Below are positions 62,736 through 64,000 of a stretch of DNA of 64,000 nt, piece by piece (position 1 is the first letter of the stretch; every line of letters begins with the position of its first letter). The position numbers and the translations under genes are program-made. The notes under the pieces are model-generated. The model saw only the letters and a program-made list of their open reading frames with translations, was not told where the DNA came from and did no database searches. Origin of the DNA: Haliotis rubra (taxonomy: Eukaryota); the NCBI RefSeq assembly GCF_003918875.1, contig NW_025765431.1, forward strand, positions 1 through 64,000, written 5' to 3'.

Positions 62736-64000
62736 CTGAAAACTCAACAGAAACAAATACATCATATCTACGTGCAGTCCTCAGTAAACGCGTTGGTGCT
62801 TCAATAACACGTATCCATATTATTCTGCGTCGCCCAGAAGGCGGTGTCAAACTATACTCACGCTCTACAGCTTACATGCAATCCAGGCTTCAGAAATTAA
62901 AGCGGTTAAAGCGTTCGCTCGTCAAGCCGAAGACCCGGGTTCGATTCCCCACATGGGTGCAATGTGTGAAGCCCATTTCTGGTGTCCCCCGCCGTGATGT
63001 TGCTGGAATATTGCTAAAAGCGGCGAAAAACTAAACTTACTAACTTAGAAATAACTTTTCAGGCAAAGCCAGTGGTAATTGTAACATTCAAAGAAATCAG
63101 ATGATTATGTTACAGTGTTGGTCCGAGGTTGGTTCGGACCATATCCTAGGTTTGGTTTAGTTTGTTGTTTTACGCCGCACTCAGCAATATTCCAGCTATA
63201 TGGCGGTGGTCTGTAAATAATCGAGTGTGGACCAGACAATCCAGTGATCAACAGCATGAGCATCGATCTGCGCAATTGGGAACCGATGACATGTGTCAAC
63301 CAAGCCAACAAGCCTGACCACCCGATCCCGTTAGTCGCCTCTTACGACAAGCATGGGTTACTGAAGGCCAATATTCTAACTCGGACCTTCACGTGTCTTC
63401 ACACCATGAAACATGTGGGCATATATGTAGTACTTCAATTCGAATTCAGCGTCGTCGTGAATGACAACCTAGCACAACAAGAACGTCAGACTGGTAACGA
63501 GTACCTATCTCACTGTATCAGTAGACATACCATAAGTCCCAGTACAAACGTTCGAATTTCAAGAAACGAACAACGATTGTCAGCTTTTAAAACTCACTCA
63601 CTTACTGAGAAAAACACAAAGGTACCATACCACATCCTTATACGATACACCAGTTCCGTATTCACTCTCGTTGGTTCGAACTGAGTAAATCACGTTAATT
63701 TGGACCCCATCAACGAGGTATTTTAGGGCCGCTTCTTAGAGCAAACAGATTTGTACTTTGCACAGCCACTTGCTCAAAAAGCAGTGACTCTCCAACTGAT
63801 CCCAGATGACATTTGTGTGTATCCGTAACTGAACTGAAATGCTAGTTTCACTAGTTCGCAACGCAATACTGTGGAGGAAGCGATCCTTTCTTTCAGAGTA
63901 CACATTGATGCATACTATGCAATAATACAATACAGCTCTATTTCTGTAACTACATGGGTTCGGTCGATATCCGGTTTACAGTGAAAGTATGCAGTATCTC

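Overview
AT-rich, intron-containing animal genomic DNA. The SINE families suggest a mollusc, probably abalone (Haliotis-like); this is inference only. Left to right: (1) the 3' five exons of an alpha-arrestin (ARRDC-type) gene on +, with several apparent indels; (2) a tandem cluster of six six-exon membrane-anchored SDR9C-type short-chain dehydrogenases (BDH1/RDH/HSD17B-like), called SDR1 (-), SDR2 (+) and SDR3-6 (-) here, with SDR5/SDR6 arising from a recent ~8.8 kb tandem duplication; (3) the 3' part of a GPI-anchored Ly6/three-finger (quiver/sleepless-like) gene on -. Introns and intergenic DNA are dense with SINEs, Tc1/mariner relics, MITEs and minisatellites. The most striking observation is that SDR3 and SDR4 both carry the same +1 frameshift (CCG GGG ATC CTC TGA C) in exon 5, yet the downstream +1 frame differs between them almost only at synonymous sites. 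This is either a candidate programmed +1 frameshift or a systematic assembly error; the error explanation is quite plausible because homopolymer indels occur elsewhere in the window. Exon coordinates were read by hand and may be off by a few bases.
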